A DNA stretch of 64,000 bases. It comes from Camelus dromedarius. Lineage: Eukaryota. The DNA lies in contig NC_087450.1 of assembly GCF_036321535.1 (NCBI RefSeq), positions 50,902,001 to 50,966,000 of the forward strand. The letters run 5' to 3'. The position numbers and the translations under genes were made by a program. Position 1 is the stretch's first letter. Each line of letters starts with the position of its first letter. Positions 48,331-61,660 of this stretch are shown here, one piece after another. The notes below the pieces were generated by a model. The model saw nothing but the letters and a program-made list of their open reading frames with translations, made no database searches and had not been told where the DNA came from.

Positions 48331-51300
48331 GACTACTTTCTTTATGAAGCTGTTCTGAACCCAACCAGAGAAAATTTCAACCTTCCCTGGTCCCCTAGTG
48401 ATCTCTCCTTGTATTGTCCTAAGTGTTCCCAATTTGCATCCTAAAAAGATGGCATTCTCATTATCTCGAGTAGAATGTCAATGACTTTAGAAATAAATCT
48501 CATTTTTTTCAGAGCCTTCCACTGAACCTTGTTCATAGGAGACATCTGGAAATATTAGCCAGTTAAACTGACTCATCCTTATCCCTGGGCTTTGGTCTTC
48601 CCTGGATACTGGCAGTGCCTGGCTGTGCCCCCATATTGGCATGAACACAGTTTCTTTGCAGGGACGTGGGCTCTGGGAAGGGATCTTTCGTCTTGCATCA
48701 TAGGAGGAGGCAGGGCAAAGGCTTCAGGGGAGCTTTTTGATGGTTCCTTGTCCCCTCTCCCTGTCCTGTTCTGTTTCTCCTGCCAGAGTCCTCCTTTCCA
48801 GAGAACCTTTGAGTCAGAAGATGGTTGCGTGTTGGGCTCTGGCTGGACCCGAAGCCCTCCTGTTCCATGGTGATTCCTGCAGCACTATGCTGCCTTGGTG
48901 TCTGCGCCAGTCAGTTTGTTTAATGCACAAAAAGCATAATGACTTTAATTGGATTTTAGTGTAAATAATGAACACAATTACAGAGCAGGCCCTTCTGTCA
49001 CCCTCATGGAATTTATGATTGTTTGAAAAGTCAGCACCCACTTTTAGCCACTCCTGTCCTTACTTCTTGGTCAATCCAGCATCCCCATTAATCACTGGGG
49101 TTGGCTTTTGATGCCAAAGTGGAAAGTCTGAGCTGCTTTTCCAACTTGAAATGACAGCTCACCCTTCCTCACCTCCATGCCCACCTGGGGCTCCAGTCTC
49201 AGCCTGGATGCCCTGAGGGCCTGTACTTTGAGGTCATATAGGACCAGTGATATTGGAGGTGGTAGCCTGTGTCATGGAAGAAAGGATGGAGAGTTCTGGC
49301 CTCCCACCCAGAGTCCTGTTCCACCATCTACTGTATCTCAAGTACTTTGCTGAGCACAGAGGCCCCACAGCCTAGGGGAGCTCATAGCCAGGCCAGGCCA
49401 GACCCACCCCAACAAAGCCAAGGAAGATGCAAGTCAGAAGCCAGCACTTGCGTAAGGTCTGACATGAGCCAGCTGTCTAGGGCCTTCCACGGGCCACAAC
49501 AGGCTCCACACCACTGGGGCAGTGAGTGCCAGGTGGCCTTGTGGGATGGGCCACTTCAACTCCAGAGCACTAGGGGAGGGGCTGAAGTCACCATTTGGGC
49601 TACCACATCTTCCCCACACTCCAAGGGCCGCGAGGGCAGTTTCCGTGGTTTGCCTCCTAACGTAGCTCTCATTCCCCTATTGTCAACATCTTGTTTGCTA
49701 ACCTGCCATCTGCGCCTTCAAGGCAGTCCCTTCTCCCCTGATCTCCCATCCTCTGGGTCAGGTCCCACATGGTGTGGAATTGCTGAGGCAGGGCACAGTG
49801 CCCTCTTTCTTTCACCAACCACAGTGTGAATTTCTCTCTTCAGCTCTGTTGGAAGCTTCCTGAGGGCTGGGGCCCATATCTTCTCCTGGGCCTCTCAGGC
49901 ACTGAGTAATGATGGCCAAGTCACCCCTTCCCTACGCACAGCCTTCATTGTCCCCATGAGAGAGCCATCCACTTCCCTGAGCCCCTTCTGCTGGTGCCCA
50001 AAGCGATGAGAGCCGCCCAGGTCTCTTCCAGGAGGGCCAGGAGGGCCTCTTTCTGCCCGTGGACATGAGGGCCTGGTCTCCAGCTCTCAATATGTACTTT
50101 TTTCTTGGGAGGAGAGGGTATGTTCTCACGCACTTCTTGCCCCTCTTCCCGGCTGTCACAGACTGGCCCCGTGTGTAGGGCTGGCTGGGCTCGGGCTCCC
50201 GGACACGGCCCATCCTCACCAGAGCCGTGCTTTGGAGTTTGGCGTGTGCCCAAGTGTCGGGGGTTGGGGGCGCGGGGAGGGGCAGGCAGCACCCAGTGTG
50301 CTCGGAGGATGGCAGAAGCCTAGGCCGCCCTGGGCCCCGCTGTGGTGCCGCAGCCTGGCGGTCATCACCATCTCCCCGATATTTATTGTCATAACATTAA
50401 TCATGCTGAACTCACTTGGCATTAATGAGGACGTAATGTGTACTTGGATGGGAATTTTTATNNNNNNNNNNNNNNNNNNNNNNNNNNNNNNNNNNNNNNN
50501 NNNNNNNNNNNNNNNNNNNNNNNNNNNNNNNNNNNNNNNNNNNNNNNNNNNNNNNNNNNNNNNNNNNNNNNNNNNNNNNNNNNNNNNNNNNNNCACAAAG
50601 GAGGCAGGGCTGAGATGATGTGGGACCGTCCCCGCTGGCTGGCAGGGCGACAACGCACACTTGAGCGGAGGGCCCCCACCGGACAGCCTGGGCAGCCTAC
50701 CTCTGTCCGGGCCTGTGCTGGTCTCATTCTTGTGTCTGAGCCAGATGCTGGATCTGAAAAACTTAGGGTGGTTTTTAGGGGCTTTCTGAGTCACCATCTT
50801 GGGGACAAAAAGACACAGAATCGCAGGATTTAGAAGTGGTGAAAAAGCCACAGCCCATGCTGAAGATCCTGTCTCTGGGCTCTTTTCCCCATTGTGGGTC
50901 GAGGGCAGCCGTGGTCCTTGTCCCCCTGCAACTGCCCATCTGCAGGATCCACCCTTCCCTACCACCAGCCCCTCCTGGCCCTGCCCACCCTCACCAAGTG
51001 TCCTCCCCTGAGGTGTTCCAAGCTTCCTGGCCTTGGCACATGCTGTTTGCTTGTTTTATTAATGTCTCTCCATCTTTTGAGACTCAACTCATCCTTCCTG
51101 AAGTCTCCAAGTTTCCCCCATTCCAAAGGTGTACGTAGTTCCGTTTCTCTGTGAACCCCTGTCACGGTCTGTGCAAGCTGGCTCATAGGGGAAATCACTG
51201 AGATGAGTGTGACATATTCCTTGTTAGTCTAGTGTGGAAGGCAAGCCACACACACACACATACACACACACCCCATCAATTAGCCAACAGGGTTTGAGAG

Positions 51301-51529
51301 CATGTAACCACCTTAGAGATCCAGCCGTGCAGTGCTGATAGCTGGACAGAAGTAAACAAACGGACTATTAGGGCAATAGTTATTCAGAAGAGGGAGAGAT
51401 TAGTCTGTGCTGGGCCTTGAGGAAGAGATGGGAGCTAGACGTAGCTATGGGGATGTGAGTGAGGGGAGCACCAGGATTGGGAAGGGGCCTAATGAGACCC
51501 CTATGCTGTCCCTGCGTGTCTACTTCAGA

Positions 51530-51740
51530 GTTTACAGAGAGCTTCCACTTTGTCGACTCTGATTGCCGAAGCAACATTACTAAGCATGCAGGGACTACGC
51601 CCGTGTCCCCATTTAACAAATGAAAACAACACATCGCAAAAAACGGACGCTCAGGTCAGTTAGCTGATTGGCCAGGGCCCCCGGCTGGTAAGCAGTGGAG
51701 CTGCGATTTGAACCAGAAGCGAGACTTTCTGCCACTATTC
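51530..51740 (-). mobile_element. MIR
   Basis: ccccatttaacaaatgaaaacaac..gagctgcgatttgaaccagaagcgagac. Confidence 0.6.
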
Positions 51741-52074
51741 AGAGGTTGCTGGTGGCTGTGCTGACTTAAAATTGATTTTCGAAAGCAGGTACTTGTGTTT
51801 GTAACTGTTTGCTCCACAGTGACTCAGGTTGGTGTGCCCGTAGATGCTGACAGCAAACCCCAGGAGGGGCTGGGGACCCTGCTCTCTTTGATGTGCAGTG
51901 AATCAACAGAGTCCTTTAGAAGGACACGAAGTCCAGTTAAGATATCCTTTGCACAGTGGTATACACAGCAGCCATTCAGCCACTCGTCAGCAACTACAGG
52001 GCAGGGAAAAGTCAGGAGTAGAAGACCAGTCACTGATTGCATATAACATGTGTGGTACAAGAGAGAATGGGGCT

Positions 52075-52221
52075 GGGGAGGGTGTAGCTCAGTGGTAGAG
52101 TGTGTGCTTAGCATCCAGGAGGTCCTGAGTTCAATCCCCAGTGCCTCTATTAAAAAACAAACAAATACATAAATAAACCTAATTACCCACCCTCCGAAAA
52201 GCCCCAAAATACCATTAAAAA
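52075..52221 (+). mobile_element. tRNA-Ala-derived SINE (Vic-1-like)
   Basis: ggggagggtgtagctcagtggtagag..gagttcaatccccagtgcctctattaaaaaacaaacaaatacataaataaacctaattacc; diverged TSD (12/16) at 52059-52074 and 52222-52237. Confidence 0.88.
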
Positions 52222-52484
52222 AAGAAAGATTGAGGATTTTAAAGAATTCACATGTAATAATGTCCCCTAATTTGCTGCATTCTCCAGTTCACACTAGTCC
52301 ACAGACTAACCATGTATGAACAACTAAGGCTATTAGAATTAGTAAACAAGAGACGGAAGAACATGTGCTGAGGAGAGAAGGGAAGGAAGTGTATGTATAG
52401 ACTTACAGTGAAACACACCTTGGACTCAACCACACCCACTGGCAATCTGTACCTACTCCATGGTGTTGATCTATTCGTGCATGC

Positions 52485-52491
<7 letters not shown>

Positions 52492-52541
<50 letters not shown>
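52492..52541. repeat. (TG)25 microsatellite
   Basis: Perfect TG run with Z-DNA potential. Confidence 0.95.
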
Positions 52542-52542
<1 letters not shown>

Positions 52543-53019
52543 AACGTGCCTGCAGCTCTGCTTTGGATTACCAGTTGTGCTTCCACATTCTAACGTTCTA
52601 ACAGTCTGGGTCCTTGGCATTTTTCCTTTTGATTTTGACTCACTTGGGATCTAGTGTTCTTTTCATGACTCCCTGCTGCCCCTTATGAGCAAAGGCATGG
52701 CCTGTCGTTCAAACCCCTGATACCAACCGTAAGGCATTCCCAGGAGCCAGCTAAGTCCACTGTGCGTGGAGGAGCTGGGTGCAGTGGGATGTGGCAGCCT
52801 GTCCTTGAGAAGATGGCTCTTGGGTTGGCAGGAGATTCGTGCCAGGAAGGTCCGTCCCAGTGGCAAAAGGACTGTTGGCAGTGGTCTGTCCAGACCTCAC
52901 AGAGACGCTTCCAGGAGCTAGACGGAAGGTCAAAGCTTCATCAGAACTGGGTGTCAGACAGACCAGGGCTCCAGTCCTTGTGAAGTCTTCTCAGGAAGCC
53001 AGGGTTAAGATCTAGGCAT

Positions 53020-53408
53020 GTTAGTTAGCATGTGAGTGCTTAGAACAAACACATCCACATCCGCCAATCTCCGTGGCTTACTTTAATGGAAGGTTTATTT
53101 CTCATCACACGAGTCCAGCATGATGTTCCTGGTGTCGCTCCAGGTGGCGTCAGACATGTTCAGCTCGGGACTTTAGCTCCCCATCCTGTGGTTTTGTCTT
53201 CCCCGAGGACTGTAGATGGCTCCACTGGATTTTCCGTATCTGGCGGACAGATGGGGGAAAGAGGAGGATTACGCATGGAAGGTTTTAATGGGCCAGGCCA
53301 CTTTCCACAGGCCAGAACTCAAACGTGGCCACACCTAACTGCTGGGGAGTAGGGTCTATGCCCCCAGAGGAAAAGGAACCAGGTTTTAGTAGATCAGTCT
53401 CTGCCACG
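53020..53408 (-). mobile_element. MaLR solo LTR (MLT1J/K/L-like)
   Basis: gccagaactcaaacgtggccacacctaactgc..cagtctctgccac matches the antisense MLT1 5' end. Confidence 0.7.
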
Positions 53409-54429
53409 CCCAACATGGACTGTAAAGTCATAACTACTATGTCGTGAGGCGCTGCTGTGTGCCTGGCACTGAGCTATTCTTTGTACATACGTGATTTGTA
53501 TCCTGGTGGATATTTGACCAGACCCACTGGGTACTGGGCATAGGACAGAATGACTTCCCCTTCTGATGGGGTAGAGGGCCTCACACATGCCCAGTCTGTT
53601 TCTCATCAGTTCAGGACCTGGCATGGTCAACCTGAAGTGGCTGGATCTTAGGACGGGTGCCTGTGGACCGATATGACCTAAATGGGGGAGTTGGGGGGTC
53701 AGTGGGCCTGGCATTGCTGGGCCAGCTTTTTACCAAGGCCTGCCCTCTGGGTTTACTGGCCCAATCGGGATGGGGTGGGTTTGGGATTTCACTGTAAAGA
53801 GCCATTGGCTGGACTCCGGGCCCCCAGGTTATCACTGCATGACAGCCTCTGAAGTCCTTTAGTTGCCTCCTTTTCCTCCCTTCTTCTCTGTTCCTTTTTT
53901 CTCACTGTTTCTCCTGACCTTCTTTTATTTTCCTCCTAATTAACATTGTGGACAAGGTCCGCTGGTAAGTTAGAAGAGTTTATCCAAGCTGACACTCTGT
54001 TTATAATTTATAATTTACATTTCAGCTTTCGCAAGGTCTTTCCACTTCTTGACTGTGGCCAGTGTGTTCTCTCTGTGTGCTTGGCTTCAGATTGTAGAAT
54101 GAGGGAAGCAAAGGTCAGGCCTCCAATTGCCAGGATGCTGATGAAACCGGGGTCTTAATGTGACAGATGTGTGGACACCATGTGAGGATGTTTACTCTTC
54201 GCTACAAGTAGCAACATCTTTATGATGTTCATGGAAACTCCCGGGCCCAGGGGTTTGAGGCATGTGGATTAGGGAGCTGGGTGATTTTCCCCAGCCCAAC
54301 AAGCACAGCCCCCTGATAATGAACAGCCCTTTCCTTTATCCTTAATGTTGCCTTTGTTTAAGATGCTTCCAAATTATAATGGGGCTAGGCGCCAGAGTGC
54401 ACACACAGCATTCTCTTCTAAGCTTTGTG

Positions 54430-54760
54430 CAGCCTTGAGTAAGTCAGTGTTCCTCTCTGACCTCAGGTTAATCAACTGTGTGGTGAGCAGACGGGGAAAG
54501 GTGTTATTTAAAATTCCTTTCATCTCTGAAATCCATGATCTTAATTTTTGTTATTTTTCGTAATCTCTGTAGTTCTCCTCTCACACTGGGAGGCAATGTG
54601 GGGGAGTGGAAAGAGATGTTCTCTGAGCCTCAGTTTTCTCATCTTTAAAATGGGGATATGGTCCATGACTTTGTAGGGATTTGTGAGGATCAAATATACA
54701 TGATGATTATACATGAAGAGTGTAACATGGTCCCTGGCTCATGGGTGCCAGCAAAGGCTA
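54430..54760 (+). mobile_element. Two MIR fragments (about 54430-54530 and 54620-54760)
   Basis: gccttgagtaagtcagtgttcctctctgacctcagg; ctctgagcctcagttttctcatctttaaaatgggg. Confidence 0.65.
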
Positions 54761-56418
54761 TGTCTTCTGTGCCTTTCACCCCAGAATTAAGTATGGTCTG
54801 TGTTCTCTGGGAAAGCCCAGCCAATCCTCTGCATAGACAGAGGAACCACATGTAGGAGATGGCTGGTCAGGTATGTGGGGCAGCGGTCCAAACTCTGAGA
54901 CCTGGAGCCACGTTAAACCAAGGCCCTGAGGGGAGAGACGTTATCTCTGGAACCAGCACCTGGCTTTGCCCTTTGGTGCACAGGAGAAAACCCAAGTAGG
55001 CCACAGAGAGGTCAGGGTCTCCTTGTAGAAATACATACAAATGTGTTTGTCGTTAGGCCTGCCATGCCAATAATCCATATCTTCTTCTCTTTCCTTGGTT
55101 GTGCTTTTCTCTGGTGGCCAGAAGCCAGATAAAACACACTGTCTCATCAGCTTCAGCAGCCGATTGTGCCTCCCCGAGCTGGAGTAGGGGCTGTGGGCAG
55201 GGCTCCCCCAACAACTGCAGACTCTGAGTCTCCTCCCCAGGGCTCTAGCAGCTGAGGGGCTCGGGAAGTCGAGTTGGGGCTTCTGGCTGATCCTGGAGAC
55301 CTGGCCAGCAGTGCCCTGCAGTTATGGCTTCACCCAACACATCACGGCCTAGGGACACCCCAGAGTGCCGGTGGTCAGACCCAGGCAGGGGGAGCACACA
55401 GGCTCAGCTCTAGCTGTGTGACTGTGTTTCCCCCGACTCTCCCGCCCAGGTGATCTCACCTGCTCCATCGCCTTCTCGCAAGACCACTTGGTATCATTAC
55501 TCATTTCCTTATGCACAAGTACCTGGTTTACTGAAGAGCCTCCACTCATTCAGCTTTCCACCTGTAATGGTTTTTATTTTATTTTTTCCAATGATGACTT
55601 TCAGTGAAACCATCTGGAATCTCCTTTTCCCACAAGGTTGTGGCTCCCTCAACAATATCTAGTCCAGATGCCATAACTTTTCAGTTCTTAGAAGAATCTT
55701 ACTTTGTGATTTAAGATTTATTCCTAATAATTAATAAAAAAAGGGAACCCTCCAGTCTCGGATTTGATTCCTGGCTCTTCCCCTTCTGCCCAACAGTGTC
55801 TAGTCCCACTATCCGGCTTCAGTGACTTTGAAAGAGAGGGAGAGAGAGTGTGTGTGCACAGGTGGCATTTAGTCCCTTGGATGTCTTGGGAGGGGACAAA
55901 GAGACCCTACTGAGGGCAACATCTCCCTTACCTGGGTGAGGTGTAGTCTTCTAGGTTGGCTGTAACCACCCTTCCAGCTCATGAGCTGTGAGTTCCATGA
56001 AGAAAGGTGGCAGCTCCAGTGAGCCCTGCTGACAAGGGCTCATTTCTGTGAGACCCTGCTAGGCACCGGAGGTCCCTCCAAGATTTGGCCAGCCCTCCTT
56101 GTCCATCCCCAGTGGTAAGATTCAGGCTACACCCATTGATTGTGTGTTTCTCTGCCTCCTACACTGAGTGTTTCTCAAACTCATCTACTTCCTGCAGCCA
56201 ACCCCAGGGCAGCAGGCATCTTCTGTACTTCTCGGAACCTGAGAAGTCAGGCCGTCACTTCTGCCCCTCCCCCCTTTCTTCCTGGCATCTTCCCACCATA
56301 CAAATTCTCTCCAGTTTTCTTTCTCCTTGCTTAGGTAGCAAAGGGGTAGGTCAATAAATGCCAAAGTGACGTTAAACAAGTGAATGAGATGCAAGTCTCC
56401 TGTTCTTGCAAATACTTC

Positions 56419-56792
56419 TGTATTGGGTTCCCAGGGTCACCCTAACAAAGCATCGCAAACCAGTTATCTTAGAACATCGGAATATATTGTCTCTGTTCTG
56501 GGCCTCTCTCCTACCTTCTGGTGGTTCCTTGGCTTGTGACAGTGTAACTCCAGCCTCCACATGGCACTCTCCCTGTGTGTGTGTGTGTGTGCCTCTCTTC
56601 ACGCAGCGTTCCTTATATAAGGATACCAGTCACATCCCATCAGGGACCACCTAACTCCAGTATGACATCATTGTAACTAACTGTATCTGCCATGACCCTA
56701 TTTCCAAATAAGGTCACATTTTGAGGTACTGGGCATTAGTACTTCAACATATTTTTTTTTGAGCAGGGGAGGCACACAATTCAATCCATAAA
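56419..56792 (-). mobile_element. MaLR solo LTR (MLT1B-D-like)
   Basis: tgtattgggttcccaggg..aacaaag..; gaccctatttccaaataaggtcacattttgaggtactggg..acacaattcaatccataa. Confidence 0.88.
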
Positions 56793-57109
56793 AAACATCT
56801 AATCTTTACAAGTGATTCTTGGAGTCTTCCTCTTCTCTTGCTTTGGCAGGAAGGCATGGCATTGCTCCCTGAACATGGCCCCCTAAATACGCAGACCACC
56901 CCTCTCCATCTCTCCAGTTCTCTTTTGTGTTGACTGAGGCTGGTGGTTTGTGGTGGTAGAGTTGATTCTGGTACCTTGGAGCAGTGAGGAGAGATGGTAC
57001 CTCTCCGAATTAAGCATATGGGATGCTCTGCATCTTTTGTCCATCACTTTGGCCCTTAGCCACAATTCTGAGCCAACAGGTAAAGTCCCACACTCCACAC
57101 TGTTAGTGC

Positions 57110-57320
57110 ATATTTTGTCTTAGCAAAATTGTGGCTATTTCAAGGCAAAAACAGTGTCTAATGGGATACAGAGGTGAGAGACTTGATCTCTGCCCTGCAG
57201 TTGCTCACGGTCTTGTGGGGACAAAGAGATGTGTGAAAAAACCAAGACAACAGTAGGGTGCACACTGTGGGGTCACTGTGAAGAAACAGCATGGATACAG
57301 CTGATGTGGGAAATGCCCAG
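57110..57320 (-). mobile_element. LINE-2 fragment
   Basis: gggatacagaggtgagagacttgatctctgccctgcagttgctcacggtcttgtgggg. Confidence 0.55.
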
Positions 57321-58416
57321 TTCCAGCCCCAGTTCTAGCATTAAGGACACTGGGTCTCATCCTTCAGCATTTACACATTCTAGCAACCCATGCCCTTTCA
57401 GGAAGGGGCTGGAGGAAAAGCGCACCCAGGGCCTTAGGAAGCAGACAGCCCTGAATACAGTGTAACTGCTGCTGGCGGAGGTGCTTTGGGATTCATCATG
57501 GTGGTGGTGAGCGCGCAGTGCCCAGAGTGAGCATTGGAAAGTGTAGTCAGAGCCACAGGCTCCCTGACACTGTAGCCCAGAGTAGGGTGCCCTGTGAAAC
57601 CCCAGTCACTGGATCTGTCCCATGATGGGGAGAGAGAGGAAGGACTAGGCTTCAGAGGTCTGGGTCCTGGAGGGGGTGGTCTTCATGCACAGAGCTCCCC
57701 TATGCAAGGCCTTTTGGAAAGGGCACATATTGTCCTTAACTTTGTCCCTGAGCAGCAGTTTGGGCAACTAAGACACTCCGGAATCCCCCAAGTTCAGTGC
57801 CCGTAGGTAAACAGAGCTCTAACTGATGGGAACGCCGTGCAAAGTGGCTGCCACGCGGGTCCCGCTAGAGCTCAGGGCAGTGGCAGGAATTCTTTGTGCG
57901 GCCCCTCCCTCTGTCTCCATAGAAATAGTCTTGGATGCCTTCAGGCATCACATGTCTCTTTAACATAAGGTTTCAATCTCCTCTCAGAAACTGGAATATA
58001 GGTCTGTGATCTCCTGAATTCTCCCATAGCTAAGTGCCACCTGTCATTCACTTCGGTGTCCCCACTTCTGCTCTTTGAAATAGTCTTGAGTCTTGGGTGC
58101 TTGTAAGACCTTAAGGTGTATTCACAGCAGCTTGTACCTAGATAGCCTTGTTGCAGCAATGACTCCTCACTGGCTTCACCTCGGCTTTTGGCAGCCCCCT
58201 TGCTGGGTGCATCTTCTGAACATGTATGCGCAGAGAAGGCAGGTACCATCCAGGTATCCTATCGATCAGGAAGTTCAGAACTGGTTATCAGCAATATCCC
58301 AGAGTGTGTAGCTTCCAGACAAGCTAGAGCAAGGAGTAGAAGGAAATGCATTAAACAAATGTAGGAATTATTATTAGTTTCATTTTGTAAATGAGGTAAC
58401 GGAAGTTTAAAGAAGT

Positions 58417-58820
58417 TGTATTGGACTGAACCGCCCCCGCCCCAAATTCGTATGTTGAAGCCCTAACCCCAACTTGATGGGATTCCGAGATGGGGCCTTT
58501 GGGAGGTGATTAGGTCTTGAGGGCAGGGGGCCATGTCTGATGTGCTTAGTGCCCCTAAGGAAGAGACACCCGAGAGTTTGAGTTTTCTCTGTGTGCGTGC
58601 CCCCAGGAAAGGCCCCATGAGTACACGGTGAGAAGGTGGCCATATGCACACCAGCAAGAGAGCTCTCANNNNNNNNNNNNNNNNNNNNNNNNNNNNNNNN
58701 NNNNNNNNNNNNNNNNNNNNNNNNNNNNNNNNNNNNNNNNNNNNNNNNNNNNNNNNNNNNNNNNNNNNNNNNNNNNNNNNNNNNNNNNNNNNNNNNNNNN
58801 NAAGTAGTCTCCAAGATTGC
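58417..58820 (+). mobile_element. MaLR solo LTR (MLT1A-like), interrupted by a gap
   Basis: tgtattggactgaa..caaattcgtatgttgaagccctaacccc..gagatggggcctttgggaggtgattagg..gagaaggtggccat. Confidence 0.88.
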
Positions 58821-60869
58821 AAGTCTAGGAAGAGACCAAGATTGGAATACAAACCCATTTCTATCTAAGTCTAGCGCATTGTCCTGATGTGCTGTGCTTC
58901 TGATGAGTGTTCATTTAACTTGCCTTCTCAAATCTGTACTGAGCATTGACTACATGGAAGGACCCACATTCTCTCCTGCTTTCTCCTCCTTTTCTCTCTT
59001 TCTTTTTGTAGCTCTTGTCCTTTTTCTTACCAAGACCATTGCAATAGTTATTATGACTGCTATAAATTAAATTCCCATGAAAATCCCTTAACACCACACA
59101 CTAGAGGCATTGCGTTATTATGAACATCCAGTGTCTTTTGCACGTTGCTGGTGAGGTGGTTTGGGAGTGGCTACAGAAGAAAAAAGTGGTTGCTTATACA
59201 TTCCAGGAGGAGTTGAGGGCTTTGGGGCATATGAATAAGTTCCCTTCCCCCAACCACCTCAGGGCAGTGTTAAAATGATCATAGCCCTAGTGATACCGGT
59301 ATCTTTATCGAGCACAGGCAGCATTTTCCATTTATTTATTTTGATTCTTTTGAGAGTTGTGAGGCAGGTGTGTTTATCTGCGATGCTCTGAATATCCCTC
59401 CATCACCCTTGGGTTACTTTGTGTACCCATGGAGCCGGCTGTGTTTTCCAGATCCTCAGAGATCCACATCCTAGAGGCGGTAAGATGGTTTGATGGGGGT
59501 TTTTGGTTTAGCTGAATTGTTCCAACTTCACTGGGGCCAGTTAAAACTTGAAAGGAGCTGGTCAGTTTGGAAGGATTAAGGGATTATATATGATTAAAAA
59601 AAGGTTCTGAAACCAGAAGCCCCCAAGTGACGCTGTCTGAGAAACGGGAGCCAATGACCGGTTTCTCTTCATTTTTCAAACTGAGATGAAGACAAGCCTT
59701 ATATTGGCTTTTAATCTGATACCAGTGTGGCCTCCCACACCAATCAAGGCTTCCCCTGCTTGTGACCTGGGAGGGCTTCTGATTGGAAAGGCAATTCTGA
59801 GAGGTGCTGAGGGATTTGGTCAAACATATGGGGATGTAGCATCAGCCCCTTTCTTGAGAGGTGGTTCTGGCTTTGCCCTTGTCCTCGAATGTGTGTGAGA
59901 GTGTGTGAGTGTGTGTGTGTGTGAGTGTGACAGGGTGCTACCTTATGTACATACCTATGAGGACATCCTTTTAATCCGGAATGGAATTACCTTTCTTGAA
60001 TAGTGAAAATGATACATGATGATAAAAGGGGCAATCTTGAGGCTGTTTTTCCCAGCAGAAATTCACTTCCAAGACTTTTCGGCATCTGTCTGCCCCACCT
60101 AGCCTTGTGTGTGACCCCGGGGCCTGCTTGTTTTGCAGTGTTCAGGCCTCTCCAGGTCTCTGGGAATTACTCAGGATCCACGCTCTCCGTCAGCTCTGGA
60201 GTGGGGCCAATCTTATGCCTGCCTTTCTGCTGTCTTCATTAATACTGGGCTCGCGTCCCAGCATTCCTGAGAAATTGATAGAGACAGAACATCAATTGTA
60301 GTTTAGCTCTACAACAGGGAAACTCACGGTGACAGGCTGGGGGATTTTTTTGCCAGAGAAGTCGATGGGCCCTTTCCTGGAGCAGCCCCATGTTGAGACG
60401 CTCTGGGCCTTCGTGAGGTCACAGAGTGGGACACAGGACAAGAGCAACAAGCCGCTAATCTGCTAATTGCAGCCTGGCTAAGTGATGTTACCTTTGCGTT
60501 TGGCTTTTCTGGACTTGATGAATGGCTGTGTGTGTGGAAGAGAACAAACAGGCGTCTCCTCTCAGGCCGGGGGAAAGCTGCAGTGTGTGATTTCGAGCTC
60601 ACGAGACCCAGGTGGGGGAGATGTGGTTGGACCCGGAACTTCCTGCGGAGGGAGGCTGTAGTATTGGAGCCGGGGAGGGTCGCCCAGGCAGGTTGGAACT
60701 GGGTTGGCTCACTCAACGGCCACCAGACCCCTCCGTTGGTTTGTCACAATGTTTGAGAAAAATATGCAGCTGCTTTTTCCTGTTCAGGTCTCTCTGGGTG
60801 CCCTTCCATCAGGGGGCTTCCAAGGGCTGGGTGCAGTTCCAAGATGGGAACCCATGTGCCTTTGTACAT

Positions 60870-61660
60870 CGGGCAGGGGAGAGTCAGGTGCATCTCTCCC
60901 AGACACGCCTGTTCTCTCTCTCATGTTCTCCATCTCGGATACCTCCTGCCCTCAGCTTCCCAGTTCAGAGAACTTGGAGTGGTCCAGTACTCCCTCCTCC
61001 CACTCCACCTCAGGGGATGGCAGCTCCCTTTCTCAGGAAGTTGTGTCCATCTCTTCTTTCCCACTGGACCCTCCCTGGTCCAGGCCGCCATCAGCTTTCC
61101 CATGTGGGCCACAGTGCTAACCTCCCTCTTGTCTCTACTTCTAGTCTTGCCTCTTAATCATAGACTTTTCATCGTTTGGCTGTGGCTTCTCTTTCTAAAG
61201 TGTGAATCTGACTGTGTCACTTTGCTGTCTGAAGCCTTTGGTGGTTCCCCATTGCCTCCTGGAACAAGTCCTAACCTCTTGTCCTGACCGATAGGGTGCA
61301 GCTGGGCTGGGCTCTTTCCTGGCTTTCTCCAGCATCGTGTTCCCCGCCCCCACCCACCCTGTCCCTTCCAGCCACTGTGAACCTCTCGTGGTGCCCTGAA
61401 TGTGTCAAGCTCTCTCCAGCAGCTTCTAGGATGTTGTTTGTGCTTCTCCTCTTCCTCTGCCCCCTTGCCCTCTTCTCTTGGTTAATTCTGCTCGTTTTCC
61501 TGGTCTCAGCTTAGAGGTCACTTCCCCTGAGATAGCTTTTGTGACTCCCTCAGTTTAGGCCTGTCCTTCTCTGCGCCCTCATAGCATTCGATATGTTCCC
61601 ACACCGCAGTCTGCTCACAGACAATAGTAAATGCCCAGCTATGCAAGGGAAGATACTTTT
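60870..61660 (+). mobile_element. LINE-2, about 0.8 kb portion
   Basis: tttctaaagtgtgaatctgactgtgtcactttgctg..ggttccccattgcctcctggaacaagtcc..ggtctcagcttagaggtcacttcccctgag. Confidence 0.75.

Noticed and set aside
49932-50292. Minus-strand ORFs of 95 and 115 aa in the CpG-rich segment
   Set aside because: I do not recognise the peptides, found no convincing splice context, and GC content explains the open frames.
50680-50700. REST/NRSE-like ggacagc
   Set aside because: The left half does not match TTCAGCACC.
50216-50965. 249-aa ORF and the other X-containing ORFs
   Set aside because: Length comes from reading through N gaps.
59292-59303. 12-bp palindrome gataccggtatc
   Set aside because: About 15 such palindromes are expected by chance in this length.
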